Source: Nannocystis bainbridge (GTDB lineage: Bacteria; Myxococcota_A; Polyangia; Nannocystales; Nannocystaceae). From it: DNA of 64,000 bases. A program made the position numbers and the translations under genes. Numbering within the stretch: position 1 is the stretch's first letter; each line of letters opens with the position of its first letter. The notes under the pieces were generated by a model. It saw nothing but the letters and a program-made list of their open reading frames with translations, had not been told where the DNA came from and did not search any database. Of this stretch, positions 1 to 11,816 are shown piece by piece. The stretch spans positions 1,216,001-1,280,000 of the forward strand of contig NZ_JAQNDL010000003.1 of NCBI RefSeq assembly GCF_028368995.1. The letters run 5' to 3'.

Positions 1-647
1 CGCGCCTTGAGATCGATGCGCCGCTCGCCGACCCTGGCGACGAGCTCGACGTGCTCTTCGTCGGCGCTGACGCGGAATTGCAGATGCACGGGCGGGGCGT
101 CGGGCTCGCTCGCGGCCTGCCAGGTCGCCGCGACGCCGTCCGTGAGGTGCACGCGCCACGGCTCGCCGCCGGCGGTCAGGACGGCGCGGTCCTCGACGCG
201 GGTGGCCGGGCCGCCGGCGGGCTCGGCGAACCACACGCCCGCGTCCGACCGGCGCAGCCACAGCGCGGGCTCGTCGGCGTCGGGCAGCGCGAGCTCGTCG
301 ACATCGACGAGGACGACCCGACCGTCGACGAGGTTGACGGCCATCGGTCGCGGCGGAGCGTCGTCGACGAGCTGCCACGCGCCGAGCGTCTCGCCGAAGC
401 GGATCTCCGCCCCGCGCGCGAGCGGCAGGCACTCCCGCGCGACGAGCCGGCGGCCCGCGAGCCAGGTGCCGTTGCGGCTGCCGAGGTCTTGCAGCTCCCA
501 GACGGCGCCGGTCCAGTGGATGGCGGCGTGCTCGCGCGAGACGTCGCGGACGTCGAGCACGAGGTCGCAGGCGGGCGAGCGCCCGACCACACACCGCGCC
601 GGGAGGGCGCCCTGCCGCCGGGCGTCGGGTCCGAGGAGCGCCGCCAT
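1..647 (-). CDS. FHA domain-containing protein (3' end beyond window start)
   Basis: Read manually from ATG at 647: MAALLGPDARRQGALPARCVVGRSPACDLVLDVRDVSREHAAIHWTGAVWELQDLGSRNGTW, with the FHA motifs GR, SxxH and SxNGT. Directly downstream of a Ser/Thr kinase gene. Confidence 0.85.
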   Translation of the reverse strand, partial: MAALLGPDARRQGALPARCVVGRSPACDLVLDVRDVSREHAAIHWTGAVWELQDLGSRNGTWLAGRRLVARECLPLARGAEIRFGETLGAWQLVDDAPPRPMAVNLVDGRVVLVDVDELALPDADEPALWLRRSDAGVWFAEPAGGPATRVEDRAVLTAGGEPWRVHLTDGVAATWQAASEPDAPPVHLQFRVSADEEHVELVARVGERRIDLKA

Positions 648-679
648 CGCCTACCAGTACACGGCCTCGTTCGCGCCGA

Positions 680-2890
<2,211 letters not shown>

Positions 2891-2911
2891 GCCGCATGGT
2901 ACGATACGCCG

Positions 2912-3835
2912 GTGCTGGCGTGCCCACGTCTGGTCCTCGCCGCGGCGCTCGCGAGCGCGCCGGTGACCCCGACGCGATCGGCCGGGACGTGTGCCAACGA
3001 GCGAGCCGACGCCGACGCCGACGCGAACCTCGGCAATTGCCTCGGTGACGCGCGCGAGGCGAGGCAGGAGGGCGAGCCGCGGCTGGCGGCGGCGGCCTAC
3101 GCCCGGGCGCTGATGTTCGCGCGCGAGGCCTACGCGGCCGGCAAGGTGGGGGCCGCGGCGGACTGGTACGCCGCGGCGGGCGAGCAGATCGTGCACTACG
3201 GGACGGAGGGCTGCGCGCCCGCGAACCTGACGGGCGAGGCGTCACCGGCGATGCTGACGGCGTGCGTCGAGTTGCTCGACGAGTTCCTCGCGGACCTCGA
3301 GGCGGTCGACGCCGGTGCTTCGCGGTCGGCCGCGGCCGCGCGGCAGCGACGCGCGGAGCTGGAGCCGCTGCTCGCCGGGCTGCCCGCGCCGCCCGAGCCG
3401 GAGGTGCCACCGACGGCGACGCCGGCGGAGCCGCGAGGCGACTCCACGCCGGCGCTGCCGCGGGCCGTGCCGGCGCCGCGGCGACCGACCGGGCTCGACG
3501 CGGGGCTCGGCGTCGCCGCCACGGTCGCGGGGCTGGCGATCGCGGGGCTCGTGGTCGGCGACCGGCTCGGGCGCAGCGCCCACACAGCGGCGCTGTCCGG
3601 GTCCGACGCCGTCGATGCCGCCGCCGGCGTCGACCTGTGCGAGGCGATGGCCTCGGCCGATGGATGCGACGATCTGCGATCGGCGCGGCGGCTGTTCGTC
3701 GCGAGCGGCGTCACCCTGGGCGTCGCGCTGGCGGCGACGGCGTTGCTCACCGGACTGCGCGTCCGCCATGCCCGACGCGCCCGCGTCTCTGCTTCGTGGA
3801 GCGGACCGCGTGCCGGCGTCGTGGTCCGTTTCTGA
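2912..3835 (+). CDS. Exported helical (TPR-like) protein with C-terminal TM segments
   Basis: Signal-like N-terminus, helical AAAAYARALMFAREAY region, Pro linker, two hydrophobic segments and a myxobacterial-type C-terminus (GVVVRF). Divergent from the kinase. Confidence 0.6.
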   Translation: MLACPRLVLAAALASAPVTPTRSAGTCANERADADADANLGNCLGDAREARQEGEPRLAAAAYARALMFAREAYAAGKVGAAADWYAAAGEQIVHYGTEGCAPANLTGEASPAMLTACVELLDEFLADLEAVDAGASRSAAAARQRRAELEPLLAGLPAPPEPEVPPTATPAEPRGDSTPALPRAVPAPRRPTGLDAGLGVAATVAGLAIAGLVVGDRLGRSAHTAALSGSDAVDAAAGVDLCEAMASADGCDDLRSARRLFVASGVTLGVALAATALLTGLRVRHARRARVSASWSGPRAGVVVRF

Positions 3836-3911
3836 GCGCTCCGTCGCATGGGGACCGCGCGTGAAATCCCGTGAAAGTGACGCCCGGCGGCGGGCTGCTA
3901 TCGTCGACGGC

Positions 3912-5489
3912 ATGCGCATTGGACTGTGGAGCGTGATCCTGACGATGGCCGCGTGTTCGACGAACGCCGGGCTCGGTGACGAGACGGCGACGAAGACGAC
4001 GGGCGTGTCCGACACCACGAGCGTGTCCGACACGGAGCCGACGGGCGGGGCCGCGCCGCTGACGCTGCACGGCGTGGCGCAGAAGGGGCCCTTCGTGCTC
4101 GGGGCCTCGATCTCGGTGTCACCCTTGACGAACACCGGGCAGCCGACGGGCCAGCAATTCGAGGTGCCGACGAGCAGCGACGGCGGCGAGTTCTCGGTCG
4201 ACGGGGTGCCGCTGGGTCCCGTGGCGCTGCTGGCGAGCGGGTATCACTACGACGAGATCCGCGGCGGGCCGTCGATGGCGCCGCTGACCCTGCGCGCGCT
4301 CCACCGGGTCAGCGACGACGCGACGACGGTCAACATCCACGTGCTGAGTCACCTGAGCGAGCAGCGGGCGCGCATGCTGATCGCCGAGCAGGTGACCGTC
4401 GAGGACGCGCTGGCGCTGGCCGACGCGGAGGTCGTGGCGGCGCTGGGGATCGGCAAGCCGGGGTTCGCGCTGGCCGGGGCGGCCGCGGAGGCGAGCGTGC
4501 TCGGGCCGGACACCGACGACAACGCGTACTTGTTGGCGGTCAGCGCGGTCGTCATGCAGGCGGCGTACATGACCGATCCAGCGGCGGCCGACGCCGCGGT
4601 GCAGACGCTGCTCAACCAGCTCGCGGCGGACCTCTCCGGCGACGGCACGCTCGACGACGAGGCGCTGCTGGGCCGGCTCGAGGCGGCCGAGACGGCGCTC
4701 GCGGCCGGGCCGGTGCGGGCGGCGCTGGCGGACTACATGGCGGATCTCGGGCTGCCCGGCGCGCCCCCGGACTTCGCGCGGATCCTCGACCAGGACCACG
4801 ACGGGCTGGCCAACAGCGAGGACAATTGCCCGCTCGTGGCCAACCTCGATCAGGTCGACGGCGACGGTGACGACCGCGGCGACGTGTGCGACGCGTGCCC
4901 GGACAGCGGGGTCGACATGGACGGCGACGGCTACGACGACGGCTGTGACAACTGCCCCGCGGTCGCCAACGCGGACCCGCCGCAGGCGGTGATGTCGCTG
5001 TTCGATCCGCTCAGCGACATCGACGAGGACGGCCTCGGCAACGCGTGCGACTCCTGCCCGAACTCGAAGGACCGCGGCGCCGGCCCCGACGACGTATGTT
5101 GTGACCCGCGGGTCGGCGGCTGTATCGAGGACAACGGGGCCCCGGAGATGGCGTGCCTGCCCAAGGGCGCCTCGTTCGCGTGCAAGGACGCTTTCGGCGG
5201 CTGCGGGCCCTACGAGCAGTGCTACTGCGAGGGGCTCCCGTGCATGAAGGCGGGCGCGATCCGGTCGGACCCCGAGTGCTACCATGACGGCTGCAAGTGC
5301 GACGAATTCCGCTGCATCGCCGAGTGGTGCACCGTCGGCGAGACCGTGTGCAAATTCGGGAACACGTGCGTCCCGTACTACGGCCCGGGCGAGGCGCCGG
5401 AGCCGGCGCTGGTGAACCTCGGCCTGTGCCTCGACGCCGACGCCGGCCCGTGCGTCGGCGAGACCGCGCTCGAATGCCTCGAGTGGTGA
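3912..5489 (+). CDS. Lipoprotein with thrombospondin type 3 (Ca-binding) repeats and Cys-rich C-terminus
   Basis: Lipobox MAAC; repeats DQDHDGLANSEDNCP, DGDGDDRGDVCDACP, DMDGDGYDDGCDNCP, DIDEDGLGNACDSCP. Confidence 0.8.
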   Translation: MRIGLWSVILTMAACSTNAGLGDETATKTTGVSDTTSVSDTEPTGGAAPLTLHGVAQKGPFVLGASISVSPLTNTGQPTGQQFEVPTSSDGGEFSVDGVPLGPVALLASGYHYDEIRGGPSMAPLTLRALHRVSDDATTVNIHVLSHLSEQRARMLIAEQVTVEDALALADAEVVAALGIGKPGFALAGAAAEASVLGPDTDDNAYLLAVSAVVMQAAYMTDPAAADAAVQTLLNQLAADLSGDGTLDDEALLGRLEAAETALAAGPVRAALADYMADLGLPGAPPDFARILDQDHDGLANSEDNCPLVANLDQVDGDGDDRGDVCDACPDSGVDMDGDGYDDGCDNCPAVANADPPQAVMSLFDPLSDIDEDGLGNACDSCPNSKDRGAGPDDVCCDPRVGGCIEDNGAPEMACLPKGASFACKDAFGGCGPYEQCYCEGLPCMKAGAIRSDPECYHDGCKCDEFRCIAEWCTVGETVCKFGNTCVPYYGPGEAPEPALVNLGLCLDADAGPCVGETALECLEW

Positions 5490-6853
5490 TGGCAGGACGG
5501 TGGGGCACAGGGCTCGTGTTCGCGGTCGTCGTGACGGCGGGCGCGGCGTGCCCGGTGTGGTGGGAGGCGATCCCCGAGGCCGGTCCGCCGGGCTGCGGCG
5601 ACGGTGAGGTCGCCGGGGGTGAAGCATGCGACGACGGCGACGTGCTCGACCACGACGCGTGCGCGGCGGACTGCTCGCGCGAGACGGTCGTCGTGGACAT
5701 GTGCGCCGCCCGCTCGCACACCTGCGTGGCGCTCGCCGACGGCGCGGTGCGCTGCTGGGGCGCCGGCGCGGCGGGCCGGCTCGGCAGCGGCGACGCGGCG
5801 ACGATCGGTGACGCGGCGGGAGAGCTGCCGGCGTCCGACGTGGCGGTCGGCGGCGAGGCGGCGCAGGTGGTGTGCAGCGGTGATCTTACCTGCGCGCGGC
5901 TGGTCGACGGCGACGTGCGCTGCTGGGGCGGGAACGCGTGGGGGCAGCTCGGGCGGGGCGACACGCGCGACGTCGGCGACGAGCCCGGGGCGCTGCCGGT
6001 CGCCTCGCTCGCGCTCGGCGGTCCGGCGACGCAGATCGCGGCGGGGCACGGGCACGTGTGTGCTGTCGCCGGCGGGCAGCTGCGCTGCTGGGGCTGGAAC
6101 GTGCTCGGCCAGCTCGGGGTCGGCAGCACCGAGACGATCGGCGACGAGGTCGGCGAGCTGCCGCCGCCGGCCGTCGCGCTCACGGGCGTCGTCGAGGTCG
6201 TGGCCGGGGTCAGTCACACTTGCGCCCGCGTGCAGGCCGGCACGGTCCACTGCTGGGGCAGCAGCTCGCGCGGGGAGCTCGGCTACGGCGACACGCTCCG
6301 CCGCGGCGACGCGCCCGGGGACCTGCCGACCCCGGCGGTCGCGCTCGGCGGGCCGGCGGTCCAGCTGGCGGCCGGCGGCCACCACACGTGCGCGTTGCTG
6401 GCCGATGCGTCGCTGCGCTGCTGGGGAGCCAACGACGCGGGTCAGCTCGGGCAGGCGCGCGCGGGCGACGTCGGTGACCAGCCGGGCGAGATGCCGCCGC
6501 CGCCGATCGACGTGGAGGAGGTCGTCCAGGTGGTCGCGGGAGCGAATCACACGTGCACACGTCACGCCGACGGCACGGTGCGCTGCTGGGGCGCGGGCGC
6601 GGCGGGCCAGCTCGGCGACGGAGAGACCGCGGACGTCGGGGTCGACCCGCTGACGTTCCCGCCAGGGCCGGTCGACCTCGGCGGCGAGGCCGATCGGCTG
6701 GCGGCGAACGGCGGCGACACGACGTGCGCGCGGCTCACCGACGGGTCGCTGCGCTGCTGGGGAGCCAACGAGTCGGGCCAGCTCGGCCTCGGCTTCGCGC
6801 GGACCGAGCCGTCGACCGCGACGCCGGCCGTCGCAGGTCGCGTGCTGTTCTGA
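5489..6853 (+). CDS. RCC1-repeat (beta-propeller) protein with N-terminal myxobacterial Cys-rich repeat
   Basis: Seven HTCA..xxGxVRCWGxNxxGQLG repeats; CGDG..EACDDG repeat. TGATG overlap with the upstream gene. Confidence 0.9.
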   Translation: MAGRWGTGLVFAVVVTAGAACPVWWEAIPEAGPPGCGDGEVAGGEACDDGDVLDHDACAADCSRETVVVDMCAARSHTCVALADGAVRCWGAGAAGRLGSGDAATIGDAAGELPASDVAVGGEAAQVVCSGDLTCARLVDGDVRCWGGNAWGQLGRGDTRDVGDEPGALPVASLALGGPATQIAAGHGHVCAVAGGQLRCWGWNVLGQLGVGSTETIGDEVGELPPPAVALTGVVEVVAGVSHTCARVQAGTVHCWGSSSRGELGYGDTLRRGDAPGDLPTPAVALGGPAVQLAAGGHHTCALLADASLRCWGANDAGQLGQARAGDVGDQPGEMPPPPIDVEEVVQVVAGANHTCTRHADGTVRCWGAGAAGQLGDGETADVGVDPLTFPPGPVDLGGEADRLAANGGDTTCARLTDGSLRCWGANESGQLGLGFARTEPSTATPAVAGRVLF

Positions 6854-7068
6854 GTTCGAGGCCGTGCTGCAGGCGCTACGGCCGTTCCCCTGTCGTCGTC
6901 ACGCCTCAGGTCCACGCGCCGGGGCGCGGTCAAATTTTTCGTCCGCGCGCTGCGACAACGGACCCGGCCGCCTGTCATGCCCGCAGGAGGCCAGAGCTTG
7001 CGAGCGTCGTGCTCGTGGCGGCCTCACGCGTGCCGCGCAGCGAATCCGCGCGGCAACAGGAATCGTTC

Positions 7069-7836
7069 ATGTCCATCACGTTCGCGCGTCCCCACGCCTC
7101 GCTGTCCCGCTCCTTCCTCGCCGCCTCGCGCCTCGGCCCCGCGCTGCTGCTCGGCGGCTCCGTGCTGGCCCCGCTGGCCTGCGACGACGAACCGGCCGCC
7201 CGCGTCGAAGCGGTCGAGCTGCGCGCCGGCGAGTGCCCGTGCGACGGCGGCAAGAACCACCTCGGCCAGACCGTCGACACCGACGAGTGCGGCTACCAGG
7301 TCTGCGGCGAGGACTTCAAGAACTACGTCTGCGGCGCGGACGGCTGGGAGTTCCAGGGCGGCACCTGCGGCGGCGACGACGGCTGCGACTGCCCCGGCGG
7401 CAAGGACTTCCGCGGCGACACCGTGCACGCGACCGAATGCAACCACCAGGTCTGCGGCGAGAACTTCAAGTTCTACACCTGCCAGCCGAGCGGATGGGTC
7501 CAGGAGGGCGGCGCCTGCGACGGCGACGGCGGCGAGGTCGTGTGCGACTGCCCCGACGGCACCAACAACCTCGGCCAGACCGTGCACGCGACCGAATGCG
7601 GCCAGACGGTCTGCGGCCAGAATTTCGAGTACTACTCGTGCGAGCTCACCGGCTGGGTCTCGCAGGGCGGCGTCTGCGGCGGCGACGACGGCTGCGACTG
7701 CCCCGGCGGTAAGAACCATCTCGGCCAGACCGTGCACGCGACCGAATGCGACGTGCAGGTCTGCGGCGAAAACCTCCAGTACTACGTCTGTGGGCAGGAT
7801 GGATGGGTCCAGCAGGGCGGCCCCTGCGACGGCTGA
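7069..7836 (+). CDS. Lipoprotein with four ~50-aa Cys-rich repeats
   Basis: Lipobox LAC; four repeats CxCxGGKNHLGQTVxxxECxxQVCGENFxxYxCxxxGWxxQGGxC. AGGA upstream of the ATG. Confidence 0.85.
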   Translation: MSITFARPHASLSRSFLAASRLGPALLLGGSVLAPLACDDEPAARVEAVELRAGECPCDGGKNHLGQTVDTDECGYQVCGEDFKNYVCGADGWEFQGGTCGGDDGCDCPGGKDFRGDTVHATECNHQVCGENFKFYTCQPSGWVQEGGACDGDGGEVVCDCPDGTNNLGQTVHATECGQTVCGQNFEYYSCELTGWVSQGGVCGGDDGCDCPGGKNHLGQTVHATECDVQVCGENLQYYVCGQDGWVQQGGPCDG

Positions 7837-8005
7837 GTCCCGGCGAGGCAGGGCCTCCACGGCGATCGCCGCGCGCGTCTTCGCGGGCTCGATCTTCGCT
7901 GGCGACGATGGCGGACCGCATCGAGGTCGCCCGCGAACACGGACGGCTCGATCTCACGCGCCGCGCGACTTGGGCGGCTGTCGCGCCTGCAGTACGTTGG
8001 CTGCC

Positions 8006-8623
8006 ATGTCGAGCGCGCGTCCCTGGGTCCTGCTCCTCGCCGTCGGATGTGGTCCCGGCGGCTCCGGCTCGACCGGCTCCGGGAGCGATGGCACCACCGG
8101 CAGCAGCTCCACCACGGCCGAGACCCCCACGAGCAGCGCTTCGACGGTCTCCCCCGACCTCCCGCCGCCGGTGGCGTGCGCCGGTGGCGGCGACGTCATC
8201 GAGCAGCTCACCTTCGAGGCGGCGACCTTCGTCGTCCACGGTCAGGCCGTCGATACCTCGCTCGACGCCGCGATCGCCTCTGTCGTCCATCAGCCGTGCA
8301 TGGTCGTCACCCAGAGCTCGATCGAGGTGACCGTCGGCTTCGGACCGATCCTCGGCGCCGACACCGAGAGCTTGTTGCAGTTCTCCTTCATCAACCAGTC
8401 GGGCGAGGTCGACCTCGCCATGGGTGGCGACATACGGTACTTGTGGGACGATGGCCCGGTCACGCGTGTGTTCGATTTCCTGGACCCGCCGGCCAGCGGT
8501 ACGGCGAGCGTGACGGCCGCGCCTGCACCCGGCGATCCCTTCAGCGTTCACCTCCAGGGCCAGGTCGGGACGCCGCCCGAGGAGTGGACGTTCGAATTCA
8601 CGATCGACGCCGTGCGGCCCTGA
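8006..8623 (+). CDS. Hypothetical lipoprotein
   Basis: MSSARPWVLLLAVGC lipobox, Ser/Thr linker, beta-rich domain. Confidence 0.7.
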   Translation: MSSARPWVLLLAVGCGPGGSGSTGSGSDGTTGSSSTTAETPTSSASTVSPDLPPPVACAGGGDVIEQLTFEAATFVVHGQAVDTSLDAAIASVVHQPCMVVTQSSIEVTVGFGPILGADTESLLQFSFINQSGEVDLAMGGDIRYLWDDGPVTRVFDFLDPPASGTASVTAAPAPGDPFSVHLQGQVGTPPEEWTFEFTIDAVRP

Positions 8624-8651
8624 GCCGGCGTCTGTTCGCCAGGATGAGGCG

Positions 8652-9449
8652 ATGAATGACCTCTGGCCTTCGCTGATCGCCCTCATCGGCGCTCGCCGTC
8701 CCGACTTCCTCGCGACGGTGGAGGGTGCCGACAGGGCCGAGCTCGCGCGCTGGGAGGCGCGGTTCGGCCTCACGCTCCCCCGTCTCTACGTCGACCTGAT
8801 GCGCACGATGGGCCGGAGCAGCGGGGAGTTCAACCCGCTCGGGGCCTATGAGCACAGGCTCGATCCTCTCGCGGAGCAATGGGCGTGGATGGCGGACGAG
8901 GAACCTGCCCCCTATCCACGAGACCAGTACTTCCTCGTCGGCTTCGAGCCCGACCCGAGCGCCATCTCGCCCTTCGAGCTGTTCCTCGACCTGAGCCGCG
9001 GCGACGGAGTGGACGCGGCCCTCGTCGAGATGGGCAGCAACGGCGTCTACGAGGCCGATGCCCGCCACGACGTCGGCCAGACCCTCGGGGAGCTGCTGGC
9101 CGAGCAGGCCTTGACGTGCTTCGAGTTGAGCGCCTGGCCGGAGCGCAGCCGCCTCTTGATCTTCGGAGACGAGCCGAGCCTGCCGTCGATCAAAGCGGAA
9201 GTCGTCCAGCAGCTCCGTGACATGGGCGGGAGCCTCGTCCTGCCCGACCTCGCGGGCGTCACGTGCCTCCGGCTCGCGGGCACGAGCGTCCTGGTGAGCC
9301 TCGGGGCCAGGCAGGGCCCGGTGGCGGTCGCTATCGCAGGGAACGCGCGCGAGCCCATGGTCGCGCTGCAGGACCGGCTGCGCGCGAGCTGGCCACGATC
9401 GACCCCGTGGTCGATGCCGGGGGATGACGCGCGCCGGACGGCGCGGTGA
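8652..9449 (+). CDS. SMI1/KNR4 (SUKH)-like immunity protein
   Basis: GADRAELARWEARFGLTLPRLYVDLMRTMG matches the SUKH N-terminal motif (GA..E+..E..LG..LP..Y..F). GAGG RBS upstream. Confidence 0.7.
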   Translation: MNDLWPSLIALIGARRPDFLATVEGADRAELARWEARFGLTLPRLYVDLMRTMGRSSGEFNPLGAYEHRLDPLAEQWAWMADEEPAPYPRDQYFLVGFEPDPSAISPFELFLDLSRGDGVDAALVEMGSNGVYEADARHDVGQTLGELLAEQALTCFELSAWPERSRLLIFGDEPSLPSIKAEVVQQLRDMGGSLVLPDLAGVTCLRLAGTSVLVSLGARQGPVAVAIAGNAREPMVALQDRLRASWPRSTPWSMPGDDARRTAR

Positions 9450-9558
9450 ACTCGAGCGGGCCGACGACGCCACCTCTCCATGACGGTCGCGCCGGCCGGC
9501 GGCTGCAGCGGCGACCTCGTCGAACGCCAGCAGAGGCGCGACCTGCTACAGTCGATGC

Positions 9559-10647
9559 ATGCTCGATCCTTATCGCTTGTTCCTCGGCTCGATCCTCCTC
9601 GCTCTCGGCTCCGGCTGCGGCTCCGAGGGCCAGGCCTGCATGGAGGTCGACCCGTCCGTCGAGCAGTGCCCCGCGCCCAAAGACGTCGACCGCGACGAGC
9701 TGCGGGGCAGCTGCGGCTCCAAGGTGCGCAGGATCCTCGGCGAAGGCGAGCGCGTCGAGAACATCTCCGACTGGGCCTGGGAGGAGAAGGACTACGTGCC
9801 GGGCTGCTGCTATCCGGTCAAGGAGTCCCGGGCCACTTGTGATTACGGGCGGCCGCTGCGGATCGAAGGCGAGCCGGTGCTCGCGGCCACGGTGACGGAC
9901 GCGCGGTGGGCCGCGGCGCTGGCGGTGACGGCCTCGGCGCTGGCGCCGGCGGTGCGCGACGAATTGGTGGTGCGATGGACGCGGGCCGCGCTCGACGAGC
10001 ACGCGTCGGTGGCGGCGTTCAGCCGGGTCGCGCTCGACCTGATGCGTCACGGGGCGCCGCCCGAGCTTATCGAGCAGGCCCACGCCGCGGCGCTCGACGA
10101 GGTGAGGCACGCGCGGCACGGCTTCGCCATCGCCTCGGCCCTCGGCGCCACCCCGGTCGGACCCGGCCCCTTCCCGCTCGGTGCGAGCGTGCCGCTGGCC
10201 CCGGACCTGGTCGCGGTCGCGGTCGAGGCCGCGCTCGACGGTTGCATCGGCGAGACCGTGGCGTCGCTGCTGGCGTGGGAGGCGGCGGCCGTGTGCGAGG
10301 AGCCGGCCATCCGCGAGGTCCTGCGCGGGATCGCCGAGGACGAACAGCGCCACGCGCTGCTCGGCTGGCGCACCGTCGCCTGGGCGCTCCGCCACGGCGG
10401 CCCCGCGGTGCGCACGGCCGTGGCCGAGGTGTTCGCCGCCGCCGCCCGCGAGGGCGTGGCGGTGCCGCTGCCGGGCACGCTCGACGATCCGATGGTGCTC
10501 GCGCGGGTCGGGCTGCTCGACCGCGCGACCTCGCTGCGGCACGCGGCACGCACGCTGCATCAGGTCATCCTGCCGGCGGCCCGCGACCTGCTCGCCGAGC
10601 GGGCGCCGCCGCAGCGGCAGGCGAGCGCGGCGCTGCACTCCGCGTAG
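9559..10647 (+). CDS. Ferritin-like di-iron domain lipoprotein (myxobacterial type)
   Basis: Lipobox GSGC; EHASVAAF, DEVRHA, GCIGET and DEQRHA motifs. Confidence 0.85.
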   Translation: MLDPYRLFLGSILLALGSGCGSEGQACMEVDPSVEQCPAPKDVDRDELRGSCGSKVRRILGEGERVENISDWAWEEKDYVPGCCYPVKESRATCDYGRPLRIEGEPVLAATVTDARWAAALAVTASALAPAVRDELVVRWTRAALDEHASVAAFSRVALDLMRHGAPPELIEQAHAAALDEVRHARHGFAIASALGATPVGPGPFPLGASVPLAPDLVAVAVEAALDGCIGETVASLLAWEAAAVCEEPAIREVLRGIAEDEQRHALLGWRTVAWALRHGGPAVRTAVAEVFAAAAREGVAVPLPGTLDDPMVLARVGLLDRATSLRHAARTLHQVILPAARDLLAERAPPQRQASAALHSA

Positions 10648-10648
10648 G

Positions 10649-10690
10649 TGTACTTCGGGGCATGTCCTGATCGACATGTCCCTCGGGACA
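10649..10690. repeat. 14-bp palindromic array, 3 units
   Basis: TGTAC-ttcg-GGGCA / TGTCC-tgat-CGACA / TGTCC-ctcg-GGACA, starting right after the stop codon at 10647. Confidence 0.85.
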
Positions 10691-10916
10691 TCATAACGTG
10701 CCGCCGCCGACCTCGCCGGGTCCCCGCGCGCGTCGAGCCGGCGCCGCGAGCCCGGCGCGCGACCTCGACCGTCGCGGCCGATCCTTTTCTCCGCGCGGTG
10801 CTGCGACATCGACCCCGGGCGCCTGTCATGTCCACAGGAGGGCGTTCGCTCGCGCGTGAGGCCCGGGCGCGACCTCCTCCGCGACCCGTCGCGCGCGCGA
10901 CGACCCGAGGTCTCCC

Positions 10917-11342
10917 ATGCCCAGAACCACCGCCCAGCACTCCCCGCCCCGCCTCCCCCGCCCGGTCTCCCGCTTCGCCGTCCTCGTCGGCGCCCTGTGT
11001 CTCTCGGCCTGCGTCGAGGCCGACGAGTTCGAAGATCTCGACGAGCTCGCCGAGGACGAGCTCGCCCTCGCCGCGGACGCCGAGGAGCCCGCCGAAGAGC
11101 CCGCTCCGGCCGCGCCCCTGGTCGGTCCCGACGACCTCCAGGTCAGCGAGGATCCGTCTCTCTACTGCATCCCCAAGGTGTGGAGCACCTGCGGCCCCTA
11201 CCACACGTACGACTGCTGCCCGCCCGACGCGTCTCCCAGCGCGAACTGCCAGTGGCGCTCGTGCCAGCAGCACCTGCAGGACGAGAACTGTGTGATCCAC
11301 TCGACGGGCTACACCGAGAACGTCGGGTGCGGCGTCGGCTGA
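10917..11342 (+). CDS. Small lipoprotein with Cys-rich C-terminal domain
   Basis: LSAC lipobox, acidic linker, Cys-rich domain; GAGG RBS. Confidence 0.75.
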   Translation: MPRTTAQHSPPRLPRPVSRFAVLVGALCLSACVEADEFEDLDELAEDELALAADAEEPAEEPAPAAPLVGPDDLQVSEDPSLYCIPKVWSTCGPYHTYDCCPPDASPSANCQWRSCQQHLQDENCVIHSTGYTENVGCGVG

Positions 11343-11382
11343 GCGACGCCGCGATCACGACCCGACGCGGCCCGCCGCGCGA

Positions 11383-11619
11383 TCACTCCGAGGGTGGGGG
11401 CGGCTGGCACACGAAGCAGCCGCCGCACTCCGCGTGCTGGGTCTTGCTGCCCCACGCGATCTTGTTGTTGCAACAATCGCGGCCGTACTGGCCCACGACC
11501 GTGGTGTGGCTGGCGTCGCCGTAGTACGTGCAGTTGCTGGCCGCGTCCGACGGGGCGGACAGCAGCGCTCCGAGGCCGAGGCAGGCCAGGAACAGGGCGG
11601 TGAGGCTGATCTTGCGCAT
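11383..11619 (-). CDS. Small secreted Cys-rich protein, DUF6289-like
   Basis: MRKISLTALFLACLGLG signal, then YYGDASHTTVVGQYGRDCC..WG; AGGAG RBS. Confidence 0.75.
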   Translation of the reverse strand: MRKISLTALFLACLGLGALLSAPSDAASNCTYYGDASHTTVVGQYGRDCCNNKIAWGSKTQHAECGGCFVCQPPPPSE

Positions 11620-11816
11620 GAGGTCGCTCCTTTCGCCGATGCCGGACATGGCGCCCGGCACCTGCATCATTTGCCGGATCGGAGAATAGCGCAACTCGCC
11701 GGCAGCCGGGGCGACTGTTCCTGGGCTCGCCGAACCCCGATCGTGGTCCCCACATCGGGCCTTTTGTCGACAGTGCGGCGAACCCGAACGGGAATCTCCC
11801 ATGCGCACCGCGCCGC

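Noticed and set aside
3860-3880. CGTGAAA direct repeat at 10-bp spacing upstream of the TSP3 lipoprotein
   Set aside because: It could be an operator, but two 7-mers are too little evidence.
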